Below are positions 9,269-18,300 of a stretch of 64,000 nt of DNA, one piece after another. Each line of letters starts with the position of its first letter. Positions within the stretch are counted from its first letter, which is position 1. The position numbers were made by a program, and so were the translations under genes. The notes beneath the pieces were generated by a model. It made no database searches. It was not told the DNA's origin and saw only the letters and a program-made list of their open reading frames with translations. Origin of the DNA: a virus; the IMG/VR virus record IMGVR_UViG_3300025030_000041, positions 1 to 64,000 of that record; one strand, 5' to 3'.

Positions 9269-10141
9269 CTAAATTTTATTTTTTATTTTAAAATGATTTA
9301 GCATTAAACAAATATCTTTATAGTGTAATTCACATATTTCATTAATATTATCCCTATATCCACCAAATAGAGATACTGATAAAGGAATAGATTTATTTAA
9401 TTCTTTTTCTAAATTATAAAGCCAATCACAAAATATTTCAGTACATTTAAACCAATTATACTCTGTTAGTTTGCCAGCATGCATATTATCAGTGATTATA
9501 GAGTCTGCGCCATGACAATATACAATATAATGTATTTTATCAGTCTTTATTAACTTTGATAATATATCTAATTTATCTTTAAAATTTTGTATATATTTAG
9601 AGTTTTTACCTGTTGGATTTATATTAGCTAGTTTTGGTATATATGTATTTAAAATTGGAAACATTTTTCTGCTATCTTCAATGGAATTGCCATAGTGAGC
9701 ATCTAAATCTATATATGACCCTGATAATTTATAGTTTTTATATATTAAAGTTGACGCAATAACTTGCCCACTAAATACGCAGAAACCCATTCCTTGGTCA
9801 GGCATAGCATGGTGAAATCCGGCACTCGGAGATACCCCTATTATTTCTGGAGTAGTAATACTTGATTCTATTGAACTATATAAACTGCTACACTGGTATT
9901 CAACTGATTCACTAAACGTATTAGACTGATTAAGTATATTATTTGCATAATCTTTTGTATGAGCTAATAGATATGAGTCTTTTTGTAGTTTATTAAATGC
10001 ATTTAGTTTAAATCTTGAGTCTTTGCTTAAATAGTTATCATATAGAGGCTTACATTTAAACATGCTTTTACTTTCAGAATCAAAATTTAAGTAAGCCATT
10101 TTAGGATGATAAAATAAATTAATCACAGAGGATTTACTCAT
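9269..10141 (-). CDS. Deacetylase of the histone-deacetylase / acetoin-utilisation / acetylpolyamine-amidohydrolase superfamily
   Basis: SAGFHHA (His-His dyad), GFCVFS (GFCY-like) and DLDAHYG (Zn-binding D-x-D-x-H) motifs in the canonical order and spacing. Confidence 0.5.
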   Translation of the reverse strand: MSKSSVINLFYHPKMAYLNFDSESKSMFKCKPLYDNYLSKDSRFKLNAFNKLQKDSYLLAHTKDYANNILNQSNTFSESVEYQCSSLYSSIESSITTPEIIGVSPSAGFHHAMPDQGMGFCVFSGQVIASTLIYKNYKLSGSYIDLDAHYGNSIEDSRKMFPILNTYIPKLANINPTGKNSKYIQNFKDKLDILSKLIKTDKIHYIVYCHGADSIITDNMHAGKLTEYNWFKCTEIFCDWLYNLEKELNKSIPLSVSLFGGYRDNINEICELHYKDICLMLNHFKIKNKI

Positions 10142-10602
10142 ACGATTTCTAAGTTGTAGTCAAATGAATATTCAGTAATTATATTTTCCGCATGTTTTTT
10201 CTCAAAATAAATTTTTCCATTATATTTTGAGAAAACTGGGTATTTTGTGTTTTGATTAGATTTATCAATATAGTTATACCCAGATAAATATAAATCGTTA
10301 TTAATTAATTTTATTTTAAATATTTTTTTATGAATGGCTTCTCCAATAGTATCTATAATAACTCTATTGTCTATACTCATATTATTTTCTAATTTAAATC
10401 TTTTAATTTCAATACCATTTTCAGGCTTATTCATAAATATTAAATTAAAATTATTAATACGACATGATAAACACCATTTTTCATTATAAATTATTGATGG
10501 GGTTGAAGTATCTCCTATTAGCCGTACTGATAAATTTGCTAAAGAAAAAAATTCTTTTATTAAAAAATTTCTTTTATCTATTAAACTGTCATTATTATTC
10601 AT
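10138..10602 (-). CDS. Hypothetical protein
   Basis: ORF, overlaps the start of the deacetylase gene. Confidence 0.35.
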   Translation of the reverse strand: MNNNDSLIDKRNFLIKEFFSLANLSVRLIGDTSTPSIIYNEKWCLSCRINNFNLIFMNKPENGIEIKRFKLENNMSIDNRVIIDTIGEAIHKKIFKIKLINNDLYLSGYNYIDKSNQNTKYPVFSKYNGKIYFEKKHAENIITEYSFDYNLEIV

Positions 10603-10613
10603 ATATACTTAAC

Positions 10614-11942
10614 TTATTTTATTTCTTTTAATGTATTTGCTGTGTTTTTATCTACTCTAATTTCTTTTAATCTTGGTAAAAATAAACTCCAATTATTGTC
10701 TTTATCTTGTATTTTAACATTATATGTAATTGATACAATTTTATTTAAATAAGTAATTTTATCATTACTTATTTCCTTTAATAATTCATTCGAAAATCCG
10801 CTTCCAACATTTACTTTTAATAATTTATCTTCTGATTCGCATGATACTCCTCCTATTAATCCTTCTCTAATACCATTTCCATCATAAAAACCAACTATTC
10901 TTAAATCACAGTCATTTACTTCTTTCATTTTTATCCATCCTAAATCTCGGCCTGAAATATATACTTGGTGTGGGTTTTTACATATTAATCCTTCACCTCC
11001 ATTTATAACAACGTCTTTAAATAAGGAATTAACTTCTTCAATTGTTTTTAATTGCCAAGACTCACTTAATTTTAAAAAAATAGAGTCTATATTACTTAAA
11101 TATTTTATTAAATATTCTCTACGCTGTAAATATGGAATATTTCCAGTGCTTGAATTTTCTATAATTGAAAAATCTTCAAAATCAAATATATTAAATACAA
11201 AATCTTTATCTATATCTTGTTCTGCCGTATCACTTAAAATTTTATTTATTTTGCCACTTACACTTTTTCGGTCTTTATCAGTTAATTCACCATCAAAAAA
11301 ATAATTATGTGGTATATCATTAGTTTCCGCAATTTCTAATAATACTTTAGAAATATTTTGTAAGCACATATTATTTAATTCATTAAAATTTCTTGTAATA
11401 AACTTAAAATAATTTTTATTCTTATCATAAATAGCTAGGCATCTAACCCCATCATATTTTATTTCAGCATGGATTTCATCCCATTTAAATAATTCAGATA
11501 CTTTATCTGTAGCAAGCATAACTGATAAGTCTGGCAAAAAGTCATAACCAAATGCTTTATTAATAGTTTTTATTCCAATTCCAATGTTTAAAGATTTAGT
11601 AACAATTTTTTTTAAAATTTCTTTATTTTCGATAGTCGTATTAAGTCCATATACTAAACTACTTAAGTTACTTCTTAAATCATTTGTTGCAGCTTTAGAA
11701 TCAAAAAGAATATTTATCAATTTTTTAAATTCTTCAAAATGATAATCACCGTCATCATACTCTGAACTATGTGAATTATCTAGTTTATTAACTTTAGTAG
11801 ATTTTGTTGGATAATATGCAATTTCTAATAAAAATTTCATAATATCTGTTGCAGAATTATTTAGTAATTCTTGTTTAATTTTATTACTTCCGGAGCCTTT
11901 ACACTCTGAAATTTGTCTTAATGCTTCTAATTCTCTTATCAT
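10614..11942 (-). CDS. ATP-dependent DNA ligase
   Basis: Motif I EIKYDGVR (KxDG), motif III FFDGEL, motif IV GGEGLICK, motif V GWIKMK. Confidence 0.8.
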   Translation of the reverse strand: MIRELEALRQISECKGSGSNKIKQELLNNSATDIMKFLLEIAYYPTKSTKVNKLDNSHSSEYDDGDYHFEEFKKLINILFDSKAATNDLRSNLSSLVYGLNTTIENKEILKKIVTKSLNIGIGIKTINKAFGYDFLPDLSVMLATDKVSELFKWDEIHAEIKYDGVRCLAIYDKNKNYFKFITRNFNELNNMCLQNISKVLLEIAETNDIPHNYFFDGELTDKDRKSVSGKINKILSDTAEQDIDKDFVFNIFDFEDFSIIENSSTGNIPYLQRREYLIKYLSNIDSIFLKLSESWQLKTIEEVNSLFKDVVINGGEGLICKNPHQVYISGRDLGWIKMKEVNDCDLRIVGFYDGNGIREGLIGGVSCESEDKLLKVNVGSGFSNELLKEISNDKITYLNKIVSITYNVKIQDKDNNWSLFLPRLKEIRVDKNTANTLKEIK

Positions 11943-12122
11943 TTGGATTAGTCTTAAAATAAAATAATATTAAATTAATAGGTATACGTTTAGGTTGCAC
12001 TTTAAAAATCTGTGAAATTGATGTAAATATTAGTATTGTGTGTTGTATCAGCCCCTAACAAAGTATAACTGAAAGAGATGTGCACTTACCGTTATAAGTA
12101 ACATCAACATTTATGCACAACG

Positions 12123-12377
12123 CTACTTGACTGCTCCGAAATCAAAGTATGGAAGAATACGAAATTCACATTGATTTAGCTTGTAAATAGTATTTAGTTC
12201 TGCATCTTTTCTTTGATCTGCAAATTGCTCAATCACAGCAAGGGGGTCTTGTGTAATAATTAGAGTCTGCTTAGGCGTCTTTGAGTTAGTTGCTAAGTCA
12301 AATGTTTCGCCAATTTGAATTTCGAATTTACTCATTGTTTTTAAATTAAATTTAGTGTTGATAAACCCCCAGTACAT
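12123..12377 (-). CDS. Hypothetical protein (the true start may be the internal Met giving MSKFEIQIGETF...)
   Basis: ORF. Confidence 0.3.
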   Translation of the reverse strand: MYWGFINTKFNLKTMSKFEIQIGETFDLATNSKTPKQTLIITQDPLAVIEQFADQRKDAELNTIYKLNQCEFRILPYFDFGAVK

Positions 12378-12624
12378 AACACTCTGTATAATAAATAAAA
12401 ATGTCTATTTTTACGAGTATTTTTTACTTCTCATACCCGCAAAAAAAATATTGCGTCGCACGGGTGTTCGATTCTAAATCGAGATTCAATTTCCAATTTA
12501 GTTCAGTATATAACTTTCTCTATATTTAGTTCATACGCATCTCACTAAACTACACGATATTTATCGTTAACTGCTGTTTTAATTATGAGTAGCTTGTATT
12601 TCGTCTATACTTTTTTTCATATTC

Positions 12625-13026
12625 TTAAATGACGGGTATAGAAAAACCAAATGGAATAGTTTTAACATTGCCTTTTATTTTTAATTTAGCTGAGTCTGAC
12701 GATACTATCTTTTTTATCATGAGTGGATAAATAACCCCTTGTTTTAGACATGTACCTATTAAAGTCGTGGTATAATATGATAAAGGCGACCCACTAACAT
12801 TTCCTAAAAATGTTATAGTTATAGTATCAGAGTCTGTTAAAGTGTTTTTATCTATTAAAATTCCTGAAATAATTTCAGTTCCAGATAATCCACTTGACGG
12901 GTCATGACTATATTCTTTTATAGAATATCCATTTCCAAAATTTGATTGAGTAACTGGAGTTGGCCCATAATCAACATTTTCAACTATATCAATTATTTTA
13001 TAAAATGAATTTACAATATGATCCAT
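12625..13026 (-). CDS. Hypothetical protein
   Basis: ORF. Confidence 0.35.
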   Translation of the reverse strand: MDHIVNSFYKIIDIVENVDYGPTPVTQSNFGNGYSIKEYSHDPSSGLSGTEIISGILIDKNTLTDSDTITITFLGNVSGSPLSYYTTTLIGTCLKQGVIYPLMIKKIVSSDSAKLKIKGNVKTIPFGFSIPVI

Positions 13027-13209
13027 TATTTTTTAATTATTATTTTTTTGTTCTTATATTATTTATTAGAATTATCTGTTTAATTAAATTATTTTTTTTA
13101 ATCACTAAACGTATTTTCCGTTTTTCAAAATTTTAAAATGAATCTTTAAATATTTTTAACTAAATATATTAATAATCAATATTTTAAAGTTAATTGAATA
13201 TATATAATA

Positions 13210-13223
13210 GTTAGCAACAATAA
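13210..13223. repeat. Left arm of a 14-bp perfect inverted repeat (gttagcaacaataa) flanking ORF 13224-13496
   Basis: Reverse complement ttattgttgctaac occurs at 13503-13516. Confidence 0.5.
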
Positions 13224-13496
13224 TTAGAACTGCGGTTCTGGAACAGTATAAGGTAATGTTTTAGAATAGCTTAGTTCCCATTCATCAGTTCCTTTTCCTA
13301 TTAATGTTGGGATGTGTCCAATCATATTAAATATCAACTGTTTTGGTTCAACAAAAACTACATCACTTCCAATGCAAGTGTGTTTTACTTCAACAATAGC
13401 GTCTTCACCCAACATGAGGTTTGTCTGGTTTTTGATTGACCAAAACTTAGTTCCTTTGGGAATTAATCTATTTTCTCCTATTTTAATTTCGTTCAT
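13224..13496 (-). CDS. Hypothetical small protein (90 aa), bracketed by 14-bp inverted repeats
   Basis: ORF. Confidence 0.35.
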   Translation of the reverse strand: MNEIKIGENRLIPKGTKFWSIKNQTNLMLGEDAIVEVKHTCIGSDVVFVEPKQLIFNMIGHIPTLIGKGTDEWELSYSKTLPYTVPEPQF

Positions 13497-13502
13497 AAAA
13501 TA

Positions 13503-13516
13503 TTATTGTTGCTAAC
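13503..13516. repeat. Right arm of the 14-bp inverted repeat (ttattgttgctaac)
   Basis: See 13210-13223. Confidence 0.5.
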
Positions 13517-13518
13517 GA

Positions 13519-13592
13519 GGTATATATGCAATACCCTATTAAAGTTTATACTAAATTTTTATTTTTTGTGCAAGGGTACTGCATATATACCC
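13519..13592. promoter_or_regulatory. Long imperfect inverted repeat: ggtatatatgcaataccc (13519-13536) and gggtactgcatatataccc (13574-13592), with a 37-nt spacer. Candidate operator, long hairpin or replication-associated site
   Basis: Arms are reverse complements over 17-18 nt with 1-2 mismatches, in a minus-strand intergenic region. Confidence 0.4.
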
Positions 13593-13616
13593 AACCATTA
13601 GGTGCAATAAAAATTA

Positions 13617-13844
13617 CTACTTTTGTGCTATTGGATAGTCTGGTTCTCTGAATTTAAATCCTTTTGGTTTAATCAGAAAATCAGATTCGTCAGTTAGCAA
13701 GTGCCACTCACCATCATCAATTTTCATTTCAAATCCCATATCTCTCATACAGATATGTAATTGTTTCCCTTCTATTGTTTCAAGTGTAATTGAGGTATAC
13801 ACCTCTTTCAGAATAATCTGATTTTCTTTAGTTTCTACTTTCAT
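13617..13844 (-). CDS. Hypothetical protein
   Basis: ORF. Confidence 0.35.
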   Translation of the reverse strand: MKVETKENQIILKEVYTSITLETIEGKQLHICMRDMGFEMKIDDGEWHLLTDESDFLIKPKGFKFREPDYPIAQK

Positions 13845-14037
13845 ATTCCGTAATTTTTACAGCTTATAACAGCACCTAACAAAAATGGCTGCTACAAGCA
13901 TTGGTTTATAAATTGAAGTTTTATTTAAGCAGTCACTTCAGTTAGCTGCAAAAACATTATATGTAATTTAAAAACTCACCATGTGCCAAATTTTACATTC
14001 TCTATCTAATTTAATTTGTTGCTCTTTAATTTTGCTT

Positions 14038-14232
14038 TTATAATATTTCATTGTTAAACTTAAAACTAAAAAGTCCTTCAAATGCATTTCTACCCGTTCC
14101 ATCGTTTGAAAATACAGTATAGTTAGTAAATTTTATATTACTCATATCTACATCAGAAAATTCTTTTTCTAATACAATTTTTAATTGCATAGGAGTAATT
14201 CTATTATCAAAATGTAATTTAGTTGATACCAT
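14038..14232 (-). CDS. Hypothetical small protein
   Basis: ORF. Confidence 0.25.
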   Translation of the reverse strand: MVSTKLHFDNRITPMQLKIVLEKEFSDVDMSNIKFTNYTVFSNDGTGRNAFEGLFSFKFNNEIL

Positions 14233-14494
14233 AGCATTATATTATATTATTAAATAGTTAAACAATAAAATTAAATACAATGTAAAATTAAGAAATAGTT
14301 TTGACATTTAAAAATAAAATATTTAAATATTTTGTAACATATTGTCTTATAATACATTATTTTTATTAATTATATAAGAGTTTGGAGTTTTTCATATAAT
14401 TAAATTATGGAAATACTTATTAAAATGAGAATAAAAATAAAACAATTTATCTTATTTTTTATAAGAGATTAGAAACTTAAAAACATTATTCATT

Positions 14495-15391
14495 ATGGCA
14501 AAAATAACAAATTTATCTGATTTAATTATAAAAAAGTTTGAGAATAGTACTGATGTTAAATTAGTAAACACGTTTGCTGATATTAGTGATTATATATCAA
14601 CGGGTAATTACTTATTAAATGCTCAACTTAGTGGAAGTTTATTAGGTGGAATACCTAATAATAGAATTACGACTTTAGCCGGTGATAGCGGGACAGGTAA
14701 AACATATTTAGCTCTTAATATTTGTAGGGAAGCCCAGAGAAATGGATATTTTATAGTATATGTAGATACTGAAGCTGCAGTATCAAAAGATATTATGATG
14801 GATTTTGGTATAGATACTGACACATCTAAATTATTATATGCTGGAATATCAAATATTGAAGACTTCGGATTACTTGGTAATAATATTATACAAATATCGA
14901 AAGACCAAAGAGCTAAGGGAGAGACTCCTAAGATATTAATTATATTAGATTCCCAAGGTATGCTAAATTCAAAAAAAGAAATAGATGATTTAAATAAAGG
15001 AAAGAATGCATCTGATATGGGAACTAGAGCTAAAGAATTAAGAAAATTATACAGAAATATAACTTATGAATTTAGTAATAACGGAATTACCTTTATTCCA
15101 TTAAACCACACTTACTGTTTAACGAGTGGGCATAATATTCAAATGGGAGATAATTCTTTAAAAGATATTAAAGATATACAAATTGGTGAATATGTAAAAA
15201 CGTTAGAAGGTAATAAAGAAGTAATAAATACATTTAATTTTGAAAATTTAGAGTTAATAGAATTAACTTTGTCAGATAATACAGTTGTTAAATGTACAAA
15301 AGACCATAAATTTTTAGTATCTAGTAATAATGAATTAATTTGGAAAAATGCAGATGAATTAAATGAAAATGATGAAATTTTAAGTATATAG
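14495..15391 (+). CDS. uvsX: UvsX recombinase N-terminal extein (aa 1-207) fused to the N-terminal half of a split intein (IntN, aa 208-298)
   Basis: Collinear with T4 UvsX (LSGSLLGGIP..., Walker A GDSGTGKT, ...LDSQGMLNSKKE..., ...IPLNHTY). At Cys208 the sequence switches to a Hint N-terminal domain (CLTSGHNIQMGD..., block B TKDHKF). The ORF ends with tandem stops TAG TAA. Confidence 0.85.
   Translation: MAKITNLSDLIIKKFENSTDVKLVNTFADISDYISTGNYLLNAQLSGSLLGGIPNNRITTLAGDSGTGKTYLALNICREAQRNGYFIVYVDTEAAVSKDIMMDFGIDTDTSKLLYAGISNIEDFGLLGNNIIQISKDQRAKGETPKILIILDSQGMLNSKKEIDDLNKGKNASDMGTRAKELRKLYRNITYEFSNNGITFIPLNHTYCLTSGHNIQMGDNSLKDIKDIQIGEYVKTLEGNKEVINTFNFENLELIELTLSDNTVVKCTKDHKFLVSSNNELIWKNADELNENDEILSI
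15116..15388 (+). mobile_element. UvsX intein 1, N-terminal half (IntN, about 91 aa; standard split position)
   Basis: Starts at the Cys immediately after extein HTY. Contains block A (CLTSGHN) and block B (TKDHKF), then ends at tandem stop codons. Confidence 0.75.
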
Positions 15392-15417
15392 TAAATTATC
15401 TTAACTAATTAAAAAAA

Positions 15418-15543
15418 ATGAAAGACATGAATACAAAAAAAATTATTAAAAAACGTATAATTGAAAAACAAGAAAAAGTTTTTGATATTGAAGTAAAAGA
15501 TAGTCACCATTATTTTTTAGAAAACGGAGTGATTAGCCATAAT
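15418..15543 (+). mobile_element. UvsX intein 1, C-terminal half (IntC, 42 aa)
   Basis: Own ATG 26 nt after the IntN stop, in a different frame. Classic IntC architecture resembling the DnaE and gp41-1 split-intein C-halves. Confidence 0.75.
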
Positions 15544-16524
15544 TCAGGTGGAATGTATGAAGCAACTAAGCAAGGCGGCGGGTGTTTAATACCAGGGACT
15601 AAGATATATACATTCAATAATGTATTAAAATCAATAGAAGGTGTTGAGTCTGGTGATTATGTTAAAACCTTATGTGGATATAAAGAAGTTTTAGAAACAT
15701 ATACATTTGAAAAATCTACTATAAAAATAGAATTTGAAGACACCACAAATATAATATGTTCAGAAGACCATCGTTTTTTAATTTCAGGAGACTATACAAT
15801 TGAAAGTAATTGGAAAAAAGCTAAAGACTTAGCTAATAATGAAAATATTTTAAAAATTGAAAATAATAATATTTTCAATTTAAAAATTAAAAATATTAAT
15901 CATTTATATACACAAAAAGTTCATGATATTAGTGTTAAAGATGTACATCATTATATATCTGAAACTGGTATAATAAATCATAATTCAGGAAATACCTATT
16001 CTGCATCAACTATTTTATTTTTATCTAAGTCATCTCTTAAAGAGGACGGCCAAACTAAAACGGGAATTGTAGTAAGATCTAAAACACAAAAAAATCGATT
16101 AGCTAAACCAATTGATATAGAATTCCATATTAGTCATATTAGCGGAATGAATCCGTATGTTGGATTACAAGATTATATTAGTTGGGAAAATTGTGGAGTA
16201 GTTAGAGGTACTCTACTTACTAAAAAAGAATTTGAAAAAGATAAGTCAAATAACCAAAAAACATATCATGAATTCGAACACAATAATGAAAAGTATTATG
16301 TAATTCCGTCTGATAAAGCTAGAAATATAGTTATAAGAGACGGATGTAAAGAAGTTCCATTTAAAAAACTATTTACATCAGAAGTATTTACAGAAAATGT
16401 TATTAAAGAATTAGATGAAAAAGTAATACGACCTAAATTTAAATATGATAAAATTAAAGACTTATTATCTAATGAATTAACTGAAGTTTTTGGTGATACT
16501 ACAGACGATGAATCAGACGAATAA
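15418..16524 (+). CDS. uvsX: C-terminal half of split intein 1 (IntC, aa 1-42), then the UvsX C-terminal extein, which is interrupted by a second contiguous mini-intein (aa 56-189)
   Basis: IntC MKDMNTKKIIKKRIIEKQEKVFDIEVKDSHHYFLENGVISHN|S has blocks F/G and a terminal HN followed by +1 Ser. Extein SGGMYEATKQGGG and ...SGNTYSASTILFLSK...GIVVRSKTQKNR...IDIEFHISHISGMNPYVGLQDY are collinear with T4 UvsX. Intein 2 is CLIPGTKIY...SEDHRF...VHDISVKDVHHYISETGIINHN|S. Confidence 0.85.
   Translation: MKDMNTKKIIKKRIIEKQEKVFDIEVKDSHHYFLENGVISHNSGGMYEATKQGGGCLIPGTKIYTFNNVLKSIEGVESGDYVKTLCGYKEVLETYTFEKSTIKIEFEDTTNIICSEDHRFLISGDYTIESNWKKAKDLANNENILKIENNNIFNLKIKNINHLYTQKVHDISVKDVHHYISETGIINHNSGNTYSASTILFLSKSSLKEDGQTKTGIVVRSKTQKNRLAKPIDIEFHISHISGMNPYVGLQDYISWENCGVVRGTLLTKKEFEKDKSNNQKTYHEFEHNNEKYYVIPSDKARNIVIRDGCKEVPFKKLFTSEVFTENVIKELDEKVIRPKFKYDKIKDLLSNELTEVFGDTTDDESDE
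15583..15984 (+). mobile_element. UvsX intein 2: contiguous mini-intein (about 134 aa) with no endonuclease domain
   Basis: Cys1, block B SEDHRF, C-terminal block G IINHN, +1 Ser. The flanking sequence restores the UvsX alignment. Confidence 0.8.
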
Positions 16525-16576
16525 GCAATTAATTTTATAAAAAACCTTAATGAATACTAAAAAATATTAAAATTAA

Positions 16577-17032
16577 ATGAAAAGAAAAATATTATTAATT
16601 TGTTTATCACTATTTTTAGTTGGAAAAACTTTTTCACGTAATACATTTAAAGATACTACAAACGTATTAAATAATTTAGAAACAATACTTTTTCATGTAA
16701 CTTTTTCTAAATTAAATTCAGAATTTAAAAATGAATTAAAATTTAGAGAAGATTTAGTTGTTGGTAATCTAAGTATAGCCGAATTATATTTTTCTAATAA
16801 AAAATCAAAATACTCTAAAATATCATTTTTATTTAAAAACGATATTTTCATAGGATATACTATATATTTTAGAAAAACAAAAAGCCTAAAATATTATAGA
16901 AAGATATATGGCCCTTGTATAGAAATTAGGAAAAATGATAATCAAATAATATGGGCAAGCTCTAGTGGTAAAATACGAGCTATAGTTTCATTAGAAAAAC
17001 GTAAAGAATTAACAATTTTATTTAAAAAATAG
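16577..17032 (+). CDS. Hypothetical secreted protein (N-terminal signal peptide)
   Basis: MKRKILLICLSLFLVGKTFS signal-like N-terminus. Confidence 0.4.
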   Translation: MKRKILLICLSLFLVGKTFSRNTFKDTTNVLNNLETILFHVTFSKLNSEFKNELKFREDLVVGNLSIAELYFSNKKSKYSKISFLFKNDIFIGYTIYFRKTKSLKYYRKIYGPCIEIRKNDNQIIWASSSGKIRAIVSLEKRKELTILFKK

Positions 17033-17034
17033 AT

Positions 17035-17331
17035 ATGAGTTTAAGAAAAAGTGTTCCAATAAAATATCATTTAAATTTACATAAATACCTTCCAAATTAT
17101 CCTACTAAAAATGATTTAATATTTGATTTAATAGACAAATTATCTAAAAACGATAAGCTTAAGTTTTCAATATCAACTATAAACCAAATTTATAAAGAAA
17201 AATTAGAAGATGAGTCGTTTAAAACAAAAATAAAAAAATACATAAATGAATTAATTGAAGACAAAAAAATAATTCAAGACGGGAATTTTTTTATTTTAAC
17301 TGAGCCCCTTATAAATTCATTCATAGAGTAA
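17035..17331 (+). CDS. Hypothetical protein
   Basis: ORF, tightly packed between uvsX and gene 41, as genes 40/40.x are in T4. Confidence 0.35.
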   Translation: MSLRKSVPIKYHLNLHKYLPNYPTKNDLIFDLIDKLSKNDKLKFSISTINQIYKEKLEDESFKTKIKKYINELIEDKKIIQDGNFFILTEPLINSFIE

Positions 17332-17332
17332 A

Positions 17333-17518
17333 ATGAAAAAACTAATAATATTTTTATTTTCGCTTATCCTACTAATGGTAGTAGGAGAAATTCGTTGTAT
17401 TTATAAAGCTATAAATTGCAATTGGGAACCTATTGGCAAAGCTGAAATAATATATACAATGTCGTCATTTACTGGATTAGGAAGTATTGTTGGATGGACG
17501 AATATTAAAGATAATTAA
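17333..17518 (+). CDS. Small membrane protein
   Basis: Hydrophobic N-terminus MKKLIIFLFSLILLMVVG. Confidence 0.3.
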   Translation: MKKLIIFLFSLILLMVVGEIRCIYKAINCNWEPIGKAEIIYTMSSFTGLGSIVGWTNIKDN

Positions 17519-17527
17519 AAAATATTT

Positions 17528-18235
17528 ATGTTAGAGTTTAGTCAAAATATAAATTACCTCGAAAAAGTATTCTTCTTTTATATATGTCAAAGTAAAGACT
17601 TAATTAGTATATGTAATCCTACTTTTTTTGATAATGAGAAAATAGGAATTACTTTTAAAATAGTTAAATCATTTACTGAAAAATATGAGAAGCCCCCATC
17701 TTCAAATCAAGTTAAACAAATTATAAAATTAAAGGGGTTTGAAATAACTGACCAAGATATTGATTTATTATATAGTGTAAATTTAGATGAATATGACCCG
17801 TCATGGTTAGAAGAATATACTAATACATTTTTATTACTTCGTAATTTAAATGTAAATATGATAGATCTTCTTACATATTTAAAAACTACTACAATAACTC
17901 CAAGTAATATTCAAGAAGTAGTTGATTATGTAAGGAATTTCGTAAGCAAAAAAATTAATTCTAATGTAGTTATTGGTAAAGAAGATGGACTAGACTTTTC
18001 TAAAGTAGAAGACCATTACCAACTTACAAAAACTAATAAATTTTCTACTGGATATACTTACTTCGACAAAGTCCTCGGAGGAGGTTGGGAGAAGAAAACT
18101 TTTAACGTTACAATGGCGCGTCCAAAATTAGGTAAGTGTTTTTTAGGAAATACTATGATTAAAATAAGAAATAAAAAAACTAATATAATTCAAGAAATAT
18201 CAATAGAAGATTTTTATAAATTAATAAAAAAATAA
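17528..18235 (+). CDS. 41: gp41 DnaB-like replicative helicase, N-terminal extein (aa 1-203, ending in the P-loop ARPKLGK), fused to a short IntN (32 aa) of an atypically split intein
   Basis: ...YFDKVLGGGWEKKTFNVTMARPKLGK aligns with T4 gp41 ...LNKITKGGAETGTLNVLMAGVNVGK. It is then followed by CFLGNTMIKIRNKKTNIIQEISIEDFYKLIKK (Hint block A only) and a stop. Confidence 0.8.
   Translation: MLEFSQNINYLEKVFFFYICQSKDLISICNPTFFDNEKIGITFKIVKSFTEKYEKPPSSNQVKQIIKLKGFEITDQDIDLLYSVNLDEYDPSWLEEYTNTFLLLRNLNVNMIDLLTYLKTTTITPSNIQEVVDYVRNFVSKKINSNVVIGKEDGLDFSKVEDHYQLTKTNKFSTGYTYFDKVLGGGWEKKTFNVTMARPKLGKCFLGNTMIKIRNKKTNIIQEISIEDFYKLIKK
18137..18232 (+). mobile_element. gp41 split intein, N-terminal fragment (IntN, 32 aa; atypical split site before block B)
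   Basis: Cys immediately after the Walker A GK, at the canonical DnaB/gp41 P-loop intein insertion point. Block A is present, block B is absent. Confidence 0.7.
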
Positions 18236-18300
18236 ATTAAATCGTTTTCCAAGTTTTCCTCTTCCAATTTTTATATAAATAATAAAAAATAAAAAAAGTT

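Noticed and set aside
12455-12490. tRNA-like T-arm sequence gggtgttcgattc in the 12380-12620 intergenic region
   Set aside because: No complementary T-stem, no acceptor stem and no anticodon arm could be built on either strand around it. It is probably a chance match or a degenerate remnant, so it is not called as a tRNA
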